A stretch of DNA of 64,000 bases from Mycobacteriales bacterium (GTDB lineage: Bacteria; Actinomycetota; Actinomycetes; JAFAQI01): NCBI GenBank assembly GCA_036267755.1, contig DATAVK010000137.1, positions 1,513-65,512 on the forward strand, written 5' to 3'. Positions 39,930 through 48,084 of this stretch are shown here, piece after piece. A program made the position numbers and the translations under genes. Each line of letters opens with the position of its first letter. The first letter of the stretch is position 1. Under the pieces are notes generated by a model. That model saw only the letters and a program-made list of their open reading frames with translations, did not search any database and was not told the DNA's origin.

Positions 39930-40105
39930 CCGCTCACGGTGCGCCGAGTCCTGCCGGCCGTGACGCGACCAGTACACGACGGCAGGACCGGGGGACCCAA
40001 CCGCGGGCATCGCGACTAGCGACAGCCGCCCGCATGGGGTGAAGCCGGCGATCTGCCGGCCGGGCACCTTCCAGCCCGAACCCGTCAGCTGACTTCGGAG
40101 GCGCA
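39930..40105 (+). promoter_or_regulatory. ydaO/yuaA-type c-di-AMP riboswitch in the rpf leader
   Basis: The conserved blocks appear in order: GCGCCGAGUCCUG, CCGGGGGACCCA, AUGGGGUGAAGCC and CCAGCCCGAACCCGUCAGCUGACUUCGGAGGCGC. The closing helix is gcgcc(39941)/ggcgc(40104). The RBS aaggaaggg and the ATG at 40124 follow. Confidence 0.8.
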
Positions 40106-40123
40106 AGGAAGGGAAATCTCCGC

Positions 40124-40765
40124 ATGTCCAAGAACCGCTACCGCGGGCGCCATCGCCATGCCACCACCGCGCAACGGGTTACCGCCCTGAGCGCGATCGG
40201 CCTCGGCACCGCGGCCGTCTCCGCACTTATTGCACCCTCGGCCGCCCACGCTGCAACCAGCAGCGAGTGGGACAGCGTCGCCCACTGCGAATCCGGTGGG
40301 AACTGGAGCGACGACACCGGCAACGGCTACTACGGCGGCCTGCAGTTCTCCGCCTCCACCTGGGACGGCTTCGGCGGCACGGCGTACGCGCCGCGCGCCG
40401 ACGAGGCCAGCCCGTCCGAGCAGATGGCGGTCGCCGACAAGGTGCTCGCGGCGCAGGGCTGGAACGCCTGGCCGGTCTGTTCGCGGGTGGCCGGCGTGTC
40501 CGGTGAGCCGACCGCTGAGGGTGTGCACACTCCCGCGCCGAGCACCCCGTCGTCCGGCCGCACCAGCACGCCGAAGTCCTCGGCGCCGACCTTCGTGCCG
40601 GCCGTCAAGGGCGCGCACTACGTGGTGAAGCCGAACGACACGCTCTACGCGATCGCCCAGCGTCACCACGTCAAGGGCGGCTGGACCGCCGTCTATGAGA
40701 TCAACAAGTCCGTCATCGGCGACGACCCGAGCCTCATCAAGCCCGGGATGAAGCTGAAGGTCTAA
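40124..40765 (+). CDS. rpf: Resuscitation-promoting factor (Rpf transglycosylase-like domain) with C-terminal LysM domain
   Basis: 213-aa ORF with a signal peptide, the Rpf core WDSVAHCESGGNWS...GYYGGLQFSASTW and the LysM segment HYVVKPNDTLYAIAQRHHV...INKSVIGDDPSLIKPGMKLKV. Confidence 0.9.
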   Translation: MSKNRYRGRHRHATTAQRVTALSAIGLGTAAVSALIAPSAAHAATSSEWDSVAHCESGGNWSDDTGNGYYGGLQFSASTWDGFGGTAYAPRADEASPSEQMAVADKVLAAQGWNAWPVCSRVAGVSGEPTAEGVHTPAPSTPSSGRTSTPKSSAPTFVPAVKGAHYVVKPNDTLYAIAQRHHVKGGWTAVYEINKSVIGDDPSLIKPGMKLKV

Positions 40766-40806
40766 CTGCACGCATGGCCCATCAGTGGGCCGATAGCAAC
40801 ATCGAT

Positions 40807-40842
40807 GGCCCATGGGTGTGGTCCCCACCACACCCATGGGCC
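40807..40842. terminator. Bidirectional terminator hairpin between convergent rpf and the CPBP protease gene
   Basis: There is a 16-bp perfect stem, ggcccatgggtgtggt (40807-40822) / accacacccatgggcc (40827-40842), with a 4-nt loop. A smaller hairpin, ggccca-tcag-tgggcc, sits at 40776-40791. Confidence 0.6.
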
Positions 40843-40857
40843 ATTGGTGTGTCCGGG

Positions 40858-42342
40858 TCAGGCAAGATGCATCGAGTCGAGCATCCGGCCGAAGTCCTCG
40901 GTCGCCTTGACGCTGCCGGCGTTGAGGAACACCACCTCGAACGCGCCGCCGCTGTCGGGAACCAGCACCGCATCGCCGTGGTGACCCCGGATATCGATGT
41001 CGACCTCGACCGCCGTACCGATCGGAAGCTCGATCTCGTGGGGGTTGGTGGCCGGACCGCCGAGCGATGACGACAGGACGCCGTCATCGGTCTGGAGCCG
41101 GGCCTCGATCTCGTCGGCGGTGAGCGCGTTCCGGCTGAGCAGGGGAAGGACCACGACCTCCGCTCCTGACGGCCCGTGCAGGTCCAACGGGGCGGCGCTG
41201 CTCGTTTCCGCCGGATCCGGCGCGGCACTCGACCACCCACCCGGGGCGGTGAACGACACCGGGCCGGCAGAGACGACGTGCGCCGGTGCCAGCACGATCG
41301 TGATGGCGGCAATGGTCAGTACGCCGTTGAAGCCTGCATGCGCGGCCATCGAGGTAGCGAGGCCGCGCTTGAGGTAGATGGCGGCGAAGCCGGCGCCCAT
41401 GAAGCCGTAGTAGACGATGGCGCCGGGGATGAAGTGCCAGATCGCGAAAGCCAGTGCCGAGCCCACGATCGCCAGGCCCTTGCCTCGCGGCAGCAGCGCC
41501 TCCAGCAGCAAGCCGCGGAACAGGGTCTCTTCAACCAATGGCGCCGCGACACACGTGATGAGGACGACCAGCACGATGTGCGTCGGGTCTCCCTCGCTCA
41601 TCAGCAGCAGGAAGCGCGGGTCGGGTGAGAGGTGCCCCACCGCCGTACTCACCAGGAAGAGCAGGACCCCGGACAGGCTGGCGCCCAGGACCAGGCCGGT
41701 GAGCAGCCGGACGACGAGTGACCCGTCGCCCCAGCGCAGCCGGATGCTCGGCGTGATCTGGGACACGACGATGCCGCCGATGACGCCGTAGAACGTCAGC
41801 GTCATCACGATGTCGATCCCGATCAGGACCGACGGCTCCAGGTTGGTGTCCTTGCCGATCAGGATTCCGGCGATCTGCATCACGCCGCCCAGCCCGATGG
41901 CGATCGCGACTAGTCGCAGCGCCCGGCGATCGAGCAACCGACCGTCGCGCCGCGCGTTCTCCTCGGTGTACGCCGGTGCCCTGGCCGGTTGGGCCGGCAC
42001 CCAGACCCCGGGCGGTGGCGGCAGCTGTGGTGGCGGCGGGAGCAGTGGTGGTGGTGGCGGGAACAGTGGTGGCGGTGGCGGCGAAGTCGGTGGGAGGAGC
42101 GGAGCGGACGGTGCCGCGACGACCGGGGCCATGCCGAAGCGATCGGAGCCGGCGTACACCAGCGGTGCGTCCGGGGCGTGCGCCGCGGGGACCGGCGGGG
42201 GCGGCGCAGGCGGGGCTACCGGCAGAGCCGGAGATTCAGGCGGCTGGTAGGCCGGCGGCGGCGTAGTGATCCGCTGGTAACACTGCCCGCACCATGCCGC
42301 GCCCGCGGGCACCGCGGCGCCGCACTGCGAGCATGGGGACAC
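40858..42342 (-). CDS. CPBP family intramembrane glutamic endopeptidase (CAAX protease/Abi) with N-terminal zinc ribbon, Pro-rich linker and an extra C-terminal domain
   Basis: 494-aa ORF with the zinc ribbon CSQCG...WCGQC and a PPPP-rich region. The CPBP motifs are EETLFRG (EExxxR), FAIWH (FxxxH) and HAGFN (HxxxN). About 150 aa follow the last TM. Confidence 0.8.
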   Translation of the reverse strand: MSPCSQCGAAVPAGAAWCGQCYQRITTPPPAYQPPESPALPVAPPAPPPPVPAAHAPDAPLVYAGSDRFGMAPVVAAPSAPLLPPTSPPPPPLFPPPPPLLPPPPQLPPPPGVWVPAQPARAPAYTEENARRDGRLLDRRALRLVAIAIGLGGVMQIAGILIGKDTNLEPSVLIGIDIVMTLTFYGVIGGIVVSQITPSIRLRWGDGSLVVRLLTGLVLGASLSGVLLFLVSTAVGHLSPDPRFLLLMSEGDPTHIVLVVLITCVAAPLVEETLFRGLLLEALLPRGKGLAIVGSALAFAIWHFIPGAIVYYGFMGAGFAAIYLKRGLATSMAAHAGFNGVLTIAAITIVLAPAHVVSAGPVSFTAPGGWSSAAPDPAETSSAAPLDLHGPSGAEVVVLPLLSRNALTADEIEARLQTDDGVLSSSLGGPATNPHEIELPIGTAVEVDIDIRGHHGDAVLVPDSGGAFEVVFLNAGSVKATEDFGRMLDSMHLA

Positions 42343-42366
42343 CCCCTCCTATCGGCGCCCCAATCG

Positions 42367-42603
42367 TCACGCTTGACGGTCTTTGGGCGGGGTGGTGATC
42401 AGTCGCAGGGCGAGTGTGGGGCACAACGTCACAGCCCGCCGGGCGTGCCGGTGCAGTGCGGAAGGCACTGGCGAGCCGGCCCGCTCCGCCGCCGTCAGCT
42501 GCGGAAACCCCCACTCGTCGAGCCGGATCAGTTCCGGCAACAGCTCGGCGCAGCCGCCGTGGCCGTCGCACCGGGTCGGATCGAGCTGCAGCCGCTCGCT
42601 CAT
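42367..42603 (-). CDS. Small ferredoxin (single Fe-S cluster type)
   Basis: 78-aa ORF with the Cys pattern RCDGHGGCAE...LCP. The start ATG overlaps the upstream stop (ATGA at 42600-42603). Confidence 0.7.
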   Translation of the reverse strand: MSERLQLDPTRCDGHGGCAELLPELIRLDEWGFPQLTAAERAGSPVPSALHRHARRAVTLCPTLALRLITTPPKDRQA

Positions 42604-43892
42604 CGGAGCGCTCCCAGGTCAGATACACCCGGTGTCGGCAGGAATGGCCGGCCACCTGGCCTGGAGCATCGACCGGCCAGGTGCTGCTCCACCTCGGGGC
42701 CGAACGCGGTCAGGGCGCTGGCGAGCAACCGAACGCTCCCGTCCGGGTGATGACAGGCACCCCGGCCGACGACCAGGCCCGCCCAGCGCCGCAGGTTGCC
42801 GAGCACGTCGGGCCTGGCCCGTCCGGACGCGAGGTCGGCCATCGCGACGGCGATCCGGGGCAGCCCGTTGAGACACGGGCCGCACTGGCCGGCCGACTCG
42901 AGGGCCAGGTAGCGCAACAACCTCGCCGTCTCCACGACGCCGCAGCGGTCGGGCGGCAGGACGGCCAGCACTCCGGCGCCGCGACTGGCTCCGACCGCGG
43001 CCAGCTCATCGTCATCGAGCCGGAGCTGGGCCGCCGCGGAGCGCGACACCCAGGCGCCGTGGTACCCGCCAATGAGGACGGCTTCCGAGTCGGTCACCGG
43101 GAGCAGGCTCGACAGCCTGGTTCCGATCGCGACTTCCCGAACCCCAGCAGGCGAACCGTCCCGGTGCACCGTGACCAGCATCGAGCCGGGAGCCGTCGCC
43201 GTACCCACGGCACGGAACCAAGTAGCACCGAACCGAGCCGCCAGCGCCAGATGAGCGAGGGTCTCCACGTTGCTCACCAAGGTCGGGCGGCCGCCGACGC
43301 CCCGCTCGCTGACCAGATCCGGGGTGTACGTCGGAATCGCGTCGCCACCGGCCAGGCGGTGCACCACCGCGGACTCTTCACCGGCGATGAACCGCGGCGC
43401 GACCTGGACCAGCGTCACCGGCACCGGGTCGAGGCGCCGGGCGGACCGCTCGGTGAGCGCCTGCGCCGCCGCGCGGACCAGGACGGTGTCAGACCGGACG
43501 AACAGGTAGGCCGTGGTAGCGCCGGTGGCAGCGGCCGCGACGCGCAGACCGTCCAGCACGAGATGCGGTGCCTGGCTGAGCAGCACGCGGTCCTTGATGC
43601 TCGCCGGTTCACCTTCGGCGGCGTTGGCCACGACCACCGCGGCCGATCCACGTCTGGATGCGGCGGACTGCACAGCGGCCAGCTTGCGGGCCAGCGGGAA
43701 CGCGCCGCCGCCACGGCCGAGCAGGCCGGCCGCGGCCGCGAGCTCGATCGGGTCGTCGACGAGGCCGAGCATCCCGAATCGCTCGTGATGCGCAGCGAGA
43801 CCGACCGGCCCCGTCGCGGCGCCGGCCAGCAGCCGAGGCAGCTCATCGGCCCTCGGCGGGACCGCGCTCGAGGTGAGCAGACCGGCGCTCAC
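42600..43892 (-). CDS. NuoF-like NADH-binding flavoprotein (NADH-ubiquinone oxidoreductase-F Fe-S binding region family)
   Basis: ORF 42600..44465 trimmed to the GTG at 43892, a GTGA overlap. Motifs are GRGGGAFPLARKL, ANAAEGEPASIKDR, ESAGQCGPCLNG and GRGACHH. Confidence 0.8.
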   Translation of the reverse strand: MSAGLLTSSAVPPRADELPRLLAGAATGPVGLAAHHERFGMLGLVDDPIELAAAAGLLGRGGGAFPLARKLAAVQSAASRRGSAAVVVANAAEGEPASIKDRVLLSQAPHLVLDGLRVAAAATGATTAYLFVRSDTVLVRAAAQALTERSARRLDPVPVTLVQVAPRFIAGEESAVVHRLAGGDAIPTYTPDLVSERGVGGRPTLVSNVETLAHLALAARFGATWFRAVGTATAPGSMLVTVHRDGSPAGVREVAIGTRLSSLLPVTDSEAVLIGGYHGAWVSRSAAAQLRLDDDELAAVGASRGAGVLAVLPPDRCGVVETARLLRYLALESAGQCGPCLNGLPRIAVAMADLASGRARPDVLGNLRRWAGLVVGRGACHHPDGSVRLLASALTAFGPEVEQHLAGRCSRPGGRPFLPTPGVSDLGALR

Positions 43893-44482
43893 CTCCGGGT
43901 CCCGACGGCCTCGGCCGCAGCCAGCTGCACGACCACCCGCCGCCGAGGCGGCACGTGACGCAGCGCGTCGACGAGCCGCCAGCCGGCAGCTCCGGCGACA
44001 GCGGCCACGCATACCACCGAGATCAGGAGCAGGACGCCGGACTGCAGGTCCGAGGCAGCGCCGATCCCATGCACGACGGCAAGTGGATACATTGCATAGT
44101 TCAACACGTGGACGGCTCGCCAGGTCCGGTGCCCGATCCGTTCCCGGAGCAGCGACGTGACGACGACCGCCAGCATGATGTCGAGGCTGAGCGCCCCGAG
44201 CCCCATCCAGACCGGTTCGTAGTGGGACGTGAACGGCACCACCACTGAGAGCCACGAGATGCTCACGAACGGGTCGAGCACCGCAGTGGCGACGTGGATC
44301 ACGAGCAGTACGACGGCGAGCAGCGACGCGTTGCGGTGCAGGCCCGTGACGGCGAACGACGGCAGCCACTGCACCCGGGCCCGGGAGTGGATCAGGATGC
44401 CGAGGACAGCGGTAAACGACAGCAATACCAACAGAACCATGCCCGTGGAACGGCTGAGGTACCACAGCACCGAGCTGCTCAT
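43889..44482 (-). CDS. Ferric reductase-like transmembrane (di-haem b type) domain protein
   Basis: ORF 43889..45052 trimmed to the ATG at 44482 (MSSSVLWYLSRSTGMVLLVLL...). It has six TM-like helices and two His-X13-His pairs (GLHRNASLLAVVLLVIH and VHVLNYAMYPLAVVH). Confidence 0.75.
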   Translation of the reverse strand: MSSSVLWYLSRSTGMVLLVLLSFTAVLGILIHSRARVQWLPSFAVTGLHRNASLLAVVLLVIHVATAVLDPFVSISWLSVVVPFTSHYEPVWMGLGALSLDIMLAVVVTSLLRERIGHRTWRAVHVLNYAMYPLAVVHGIGAASDLQSGVLLLISVVCVAAVAGAAGWRLVDALRHVPPRRRVVVQLAAAEAVGTRR

Positions 44483-45441
44483 GGGGTAACCAGGCCTGCG
44501 GGCTGCGGCCAGCCCGCGGTGCGCACGACGTCGCCGGATTGGTCGACGAGCCGCGCCGCGAATCCGCGCTGGGTCAGCCAGGCCGGCGCTTCGGCACCCC
44601 GGACGATCGAGGCCGTGCTCGCGACGTTCGCCGCGAGACAGGTCGGTGCTGCGACCGACACGGTCCGCCACGTCGAGGCCACCGGTAGCCCGGACCGAGG
44701 GTCGAGGATGTGGTGCAGCAGCCGGCCGCCCCGCACCCAGCGCCGCGCCATGGTGCTCGACGTCGCGAGAGCGCCTTCGTGCAGGCACACCGTCTCGGTG
44801 GGCCCGTCGACCGCCTCGTCCACCGGGCCGGTCACGTCCTGGACTCGGATCGTCCAGCCGGAGTCGGGCGCGGTCCCGGCGGTCGCGATGTCGCCACCGA
44901 GCCCGACCAGGACGCCGCATCCGAGCGCGTCGTGGATCCGGGCCGCGGCCAGGTCGGCGGCGAGCGCCTTCGCGGTGGCCCCGAGGTCGATCCGGATCCC
45001 GCGCGGGACCCGCGCGATGCCCGTGCTTCGGTCCAGCTCGATGCGCCGCCACCCGGGCACCGGGCGTCGTACCACGCGGACCGACGTACCGTTCGGCGCC
45101 AGCAACGAGAAGTCACGGTCGTAGCCGAGCTCGACCATGGCTGATCCGACGGTCGGGTCCACCAGCCCGTCGGTGGCGGCGGCCGCGTCGAGCCCGGCTG
45201 CCAGGGCCCGGGTCAGCAGCGGGCTCAAACGGACCTCCGCTCCGTCGGCGGCGTCAAGCCGGGCCAGCTCGGAGTCCGGCCGGAACCGGCTGCAGGCCGC
45301 GTCGATTGCCGCGAGCTCCGCGTCGAGGATCCGCCGAGCGGCGGGAAGCTGCCCGGCATCGGTCACAACGAGCCGCACCCGAGTGCCTAGGGCCTCGAAG
45401 TCCGCCGCCGTACGCCGCTCGATCGTCGGCGCCGACATCAC
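44479..45441 (-). CDS. apbE: FAD:protein FMN transferase (ApbE family)
   Basis: 320-aa ORF with SRFRPDSELARLN-like SRFRPDSELARLD, DPTVGSAM, IDLGATAKALAAD and GLGGDIATAG. Confidence 0.9.
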   Translation of the reverse strand: MMSAPTIERRTAADFEALGTRVRLVVTDAGQLPAARRILDAELAAIDAACSRFRPDSELARLDAADGAEVRLSPLLTRALAAGLDAAAATDGLVDPTVGSAMVELGYDRDFSLLAPNGTSVRVVRRPVPGWRRIELDRSTGIARVPRGIRIDLGATAKALAADLAAARIHDALGCGVLVGLGGDIATAGTAPDSGWTIRVQDVTGPVDEAVDGPTETVCLHEGALATSSTMARRWVRGGRLLHHILDPRSGLPVASTWRTVSVAAPTCLAANVASTASIVRGAEAPAWLTQRGFAARLVDQSGDVVRTAGWPQPAGLVTP

Positions 45442-45770
45442 GAGCCGCCCGAGGTCGCGTCCGAGCTCGACGAGCCTGATGAGGACGACGAGCCGTCCGA
45501 GCCCGACGAGGATGATGTGCCGTCCGAGCTGCTGCCGGATTGGGTCCCGGGAGCAGTGATCGAACTACCCGAGCCGGACCCGGAACCGACGGCGCTCTGA
45601 TCGGTCCCGCTGTTGCCCGACTTGGTCGTCTTCGTGGTCGTGGCGTGCGCCGTTGACGCGTCGTGTACGGCGAGGACCGCGACACCCGCTCCGGCTGCGG
45701 CCACCAGGCCGGCGGTCGCCGCCGTCAGTCGCCGCATCCCGCGCTGCCGAGCCGATCGGGTCGCTGTCAT
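45438..45770 (-). CDS. Small exported Ser/Gly-rich protein (signal/TM anchor plus low-complexity tail ending DATSGGS)
   Basis: 110-aa ORF with an RR-containing signal (QRGMRRLTAATAGLVAAAGAGVAVLAV). The rest is S/G/T/D-rich. The stop overlaps the apbE start (ATGA). Third positions are G/C-rich. Confidence 0.5.
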   Translation of the reverse strand: MTATRSARQRGMRRLTAATAGLVAAAGAGVAVLAVHDASTAHATTTKTTKSGNSGTDQSAVGSGSGSGSSITAPGTQSGSSSDGTSSSSGSDGSSSSSGSSSSDATSGGS

Positions 45771-45835
45771 GTATCTGTTGTCCCAGCGCAGCGTGAAGGA
45801 TCACTGAGAACAGACGGTAGCCCGGCTGTGGGCCG

Positions 45836-46837
45836 TCAGCGACTCGTCTCAGCCGCGAGCGCGTCGAGCAGCTGCTGTTCCTTGGCGTGGCTGAGCCCGG
45901 CGGACCTCGGCCGGTCGAGTCCCTGCTCGCGTTCCCAGGCCAGTACGTCGGTGAGCAACTCGGTTCGAGAGCGGTGGCGGAGGCCGGCGAGTTGTGCTGC
46001 CGCGCCGTCGCGGTGCGACCAGCCCTCCCACCCGGGCTCGACGAGCCACATCGGCAGCGACTCCGGTCCCATGTACTCCTCGACGCCGTGATCCAACAGC
46101 CATCCGGCATCGGCGCGCACGATCGTGCCGTCATGCCCGGCGACCTGGCGGGCCAGCAGCACCCAGCTGCCGAAGGACACGACCGGCCCCACTGCGTTGA
46201 AGATCCCGGTGGTGGCTGTCTCGGCGGCGACGATCAGCCAAACGGCCAGATCCCGGACGTCGACGACTTGGGTCGGGATGTCGTCGGAGTCCGGGACCAG
46301 GATCGGTCCGTGGGGGTCGCGGGCGGCACGCGCCACCCAGTAGCCCGAGCGTCCGGTGTGGTCGCCCGGGCCGCCGATCAGACCGGACCGAGCGATCAGC
46401 AGCCGGTCACCGACCGCCGCCACCGATGCCTGCTCGCACGTGACCTTGGCCTGGCCGTACAGCTCACGGTCGACGGTATCGAGCTCGGTCGGCGGCAGCA
46501 GCTCGGCCGACTCGTCGGCACCCGGCGTCGCCTGCGAGGCGTAGACGTTGGCCGACGAGACGTAGGACCAGTGGCGGGCCCGGTCGCCAACTGCGGCCAA
46601 CGCGCCGCGGACGAACCCCGGCTGCCACGACACCTCGACCACCGTGTCCCAGTCGCGGTCACGGACCTCGTCGTAGGCGGCTGGGTCCTCCCGGTCAGCG
46701 GCGACGAGCGTCGCACCCTCGGCGACCGTCCCGCTCTCGCCGCGCGCCAGGCACGTCACCGAGTGACCGCGGGCCAGGGCCTGAGTAGCGACCTCGCGAC
46801 CGAGCCACGCCGTACCGCCCAGGATCAGAACGTCCAT
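45836..46837 (-). CDS. NAD-dependent epimerase/dehydratase (extended SDR) family protein
   Basis: 333-aa ORF with the Rossmann motif [14 protein letters not shown]. Confidence 0.8.
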   Translation of the reverse strand: MDVLILGGTAWLGREVATQALARGHSVTCLARGESGTVAEGATLVAADREDPAAYDEVRDRDWDTVVEVSWQPGFVRGALAAVGDRARHWSYVSSANVYASQATPGADESAELLPPTELDTVDRELYGQAKVTCEQASVAAVGDRLLIARSGLIGGPGDHTGRSGYWVARAARDPHGPILVPDSDDIPTQVVDVRDLAVWLIVAAETATTGIFNAVGPVVSFGSWVLLARQVAGHDGTIVRADAGWLLDHGVEEYMGPESLPMWLVEPGWEGWSHRDGAAAQLAGLRHRSRTELLTDVLAWEREQGLDRPRSAGLSHAKEQQLLDALAAETSR

Positions 46838-46911
46838 GACCTGCAGTCGACCACCGACTGCCCCCGTCGAGCGATCCGTTCACGGCGGGCGTAACGGTTA
46901 CGCGCGAAACT

Positions 46912-46953
46912 CTCAGCAGGTGAGCGGGCTATAGCCCGCTGTGCTGCTGACAG
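46912..46953 (-). terminator. Hairpin 11 nt downstream of tRNA-Ser(CGA); its first 23 nt are identical to the element after tRNA-Pro
   Basis: The minus strand reads ctgtcagcagcac-agcgggct-at-agcccgct-cac-ctgctgag. The inner stem is 8 bp and perfect, and the outer stem is tcagcag/ctgctga. Confidence 0.5.
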
Positions 46954-46964
46954 ATCAAAGAATG

Positions 46965-47054
46965 TGGCGGTGGAGGTGGGATTTGAACCCACGGAGGAGT
47001 TGCCCCCTCACACGCTTTCGAGGCGTGCTCCTTCGGCCGCTCGGACACTCCACC
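46965..47054 (-). tRNA. tRNA-Ser (anticodon CGA), CCA encoded
   Basis: The minus strand reads GGTGGAGTGTCCGAGCGGCCGAAGGAGCACGCCTCGAAAGCGTGTGAGGGGGCAACTCCTCCGTGGGTTCAAATCCCACCTCCACCGCCA. It has the anticodon loop CTCGAAA and a long variable arm. Confidence 0.9.
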
Positions 47055-47082
47055 GCCGACGATCCTAGCCGAGCGGTCTCGC

Positions 47083-47535
47083 TCAACGGCGCTCGGCGAA
47101 CCACGCCTGGAGCAGCTGACCGCACTCCTCTGCCAGAACGCCGCTGACCACCTCGGGGCGGTGGTTGAGCCGACGATCCCGGACGACGTCCCAGAGCGAC
47201 CCCACGGCACCCGCCTTGGGATCGGTGGCTCCGTAGACGACTCGTGACACCCGGGCGAGGACGAGAGCTCCGGCGCACATCGTGCACGGCTCGAGGGTCA
47301 CGACGAGGGTGCAGCCGGTCAACCGCCAGGCGCCCAGCTGGCCGGCGGCGTGACGCAGCACCTCGATCTCGGCGTGTGCGGTCGGGTCCGAGTTCGTCTC
47401 ACGTCGGTTGTGATCACTGGCCAGAACCTTGCCCGCGGGGTCGCAGACGATGGCGCCTACGGGCACCTCACCGGCTTGTTGCGCCGCCCGTGCCTCCTGG
47501 AGTGCGAGCCGCATCCAGTCGTCGTACGACGTCAC
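47083..47535 (-). CDS. tadA: tRNA adenosine(34) deaminase
   Basis: 150-aa ORF with the CDA zinc motifs TAHAEIEVL and EPCTMCAGAL. Confidence 0.9.
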   Translation of the reverse strand: MTSYDDWMRLALQEARAAQQAGEVPVGAIVCDPAGKVLASDHNRRETNSDPTAHAEIEVLRHAAGQLGAWRLTGCTLVVTLEPCTMCAGALVLARVSRVVYGATDPKAGAVGSLWDVVRDRRLNHRPEVVSGVLAEECGQLLQAWFAERR

Positions 47536-47545
47536 CGATCAGACG

Positions 47546-48070
47546 TCACTGACCGCGCAACCGCTCGAGCACGTCGAGGCAGCCAGCGGCCTCGCAGACC
47601 TCGGCGATCACGTCGCCGGGCAGCACGCTCTCCGCCGCGCACAACGCGAGCAGTCGCGCGGCCGTCGTTCCGAGATCGCTGAGCAGCGACGCGTCGCCGA
47701 CCGGTTCGCCGTCGATGCTGGCCCCCTGATCGTCGTCGTCGGGGTCGGTGCCGCCGTCGTCCGGTTCCTCGCTCTCGTCGACCGGCTCACGGTCGACCGC
47801 GGCCTCGCCGAGCACGGCCGCCAGGTCGCTCGTCTCGAGCACCCGGGCGTCGGAGACGAACACCCGTGGCTCGTCGTCCGCGTCGAGGCGCAGCACGCCG
47901 ACCCATTCGTCGTCCTCCTCGAGAGCGAGCAGGACGACATCCGCGTCGTCACCGACGGTGTCGCGCACCAGCTCGACCATGCCGTCCAGGTCCTCGACAT
48001 CGTCGAGCACCAGCTCGTCGCCGACCCAGCCCGTCGCATCACGGGCAAACGCCGTCGCGATGTAGCTCAC
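47546..48070 (-). CDS. tRNA adenosine deaminase-associated protein (actinobacterial conserved acidic protein)
   Basis: 174-aa ORF (GTG start), highly acidic, immediately upstream of tadA. This is the family defined by that neighbourhood. Confidence 0.7.
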   Translation of the reverse strand: MSYIATAFARDATGWVGDELVLDDVEDLDGMVELVRDTVGDDADVVLLALEEDDEWVGVLRLDADDEPRVFVSDARVLETSDLAAVLGEAAVDREPVDESEEPDDGGTDPDDDDQGASIDGEPVGDASLLSDLGTTAARLLALCAAESVLPGDVIAEVCEAAGCLDVLERLRGQ

Positions 48071-48084
48071 TCCCCCACCTCCCT

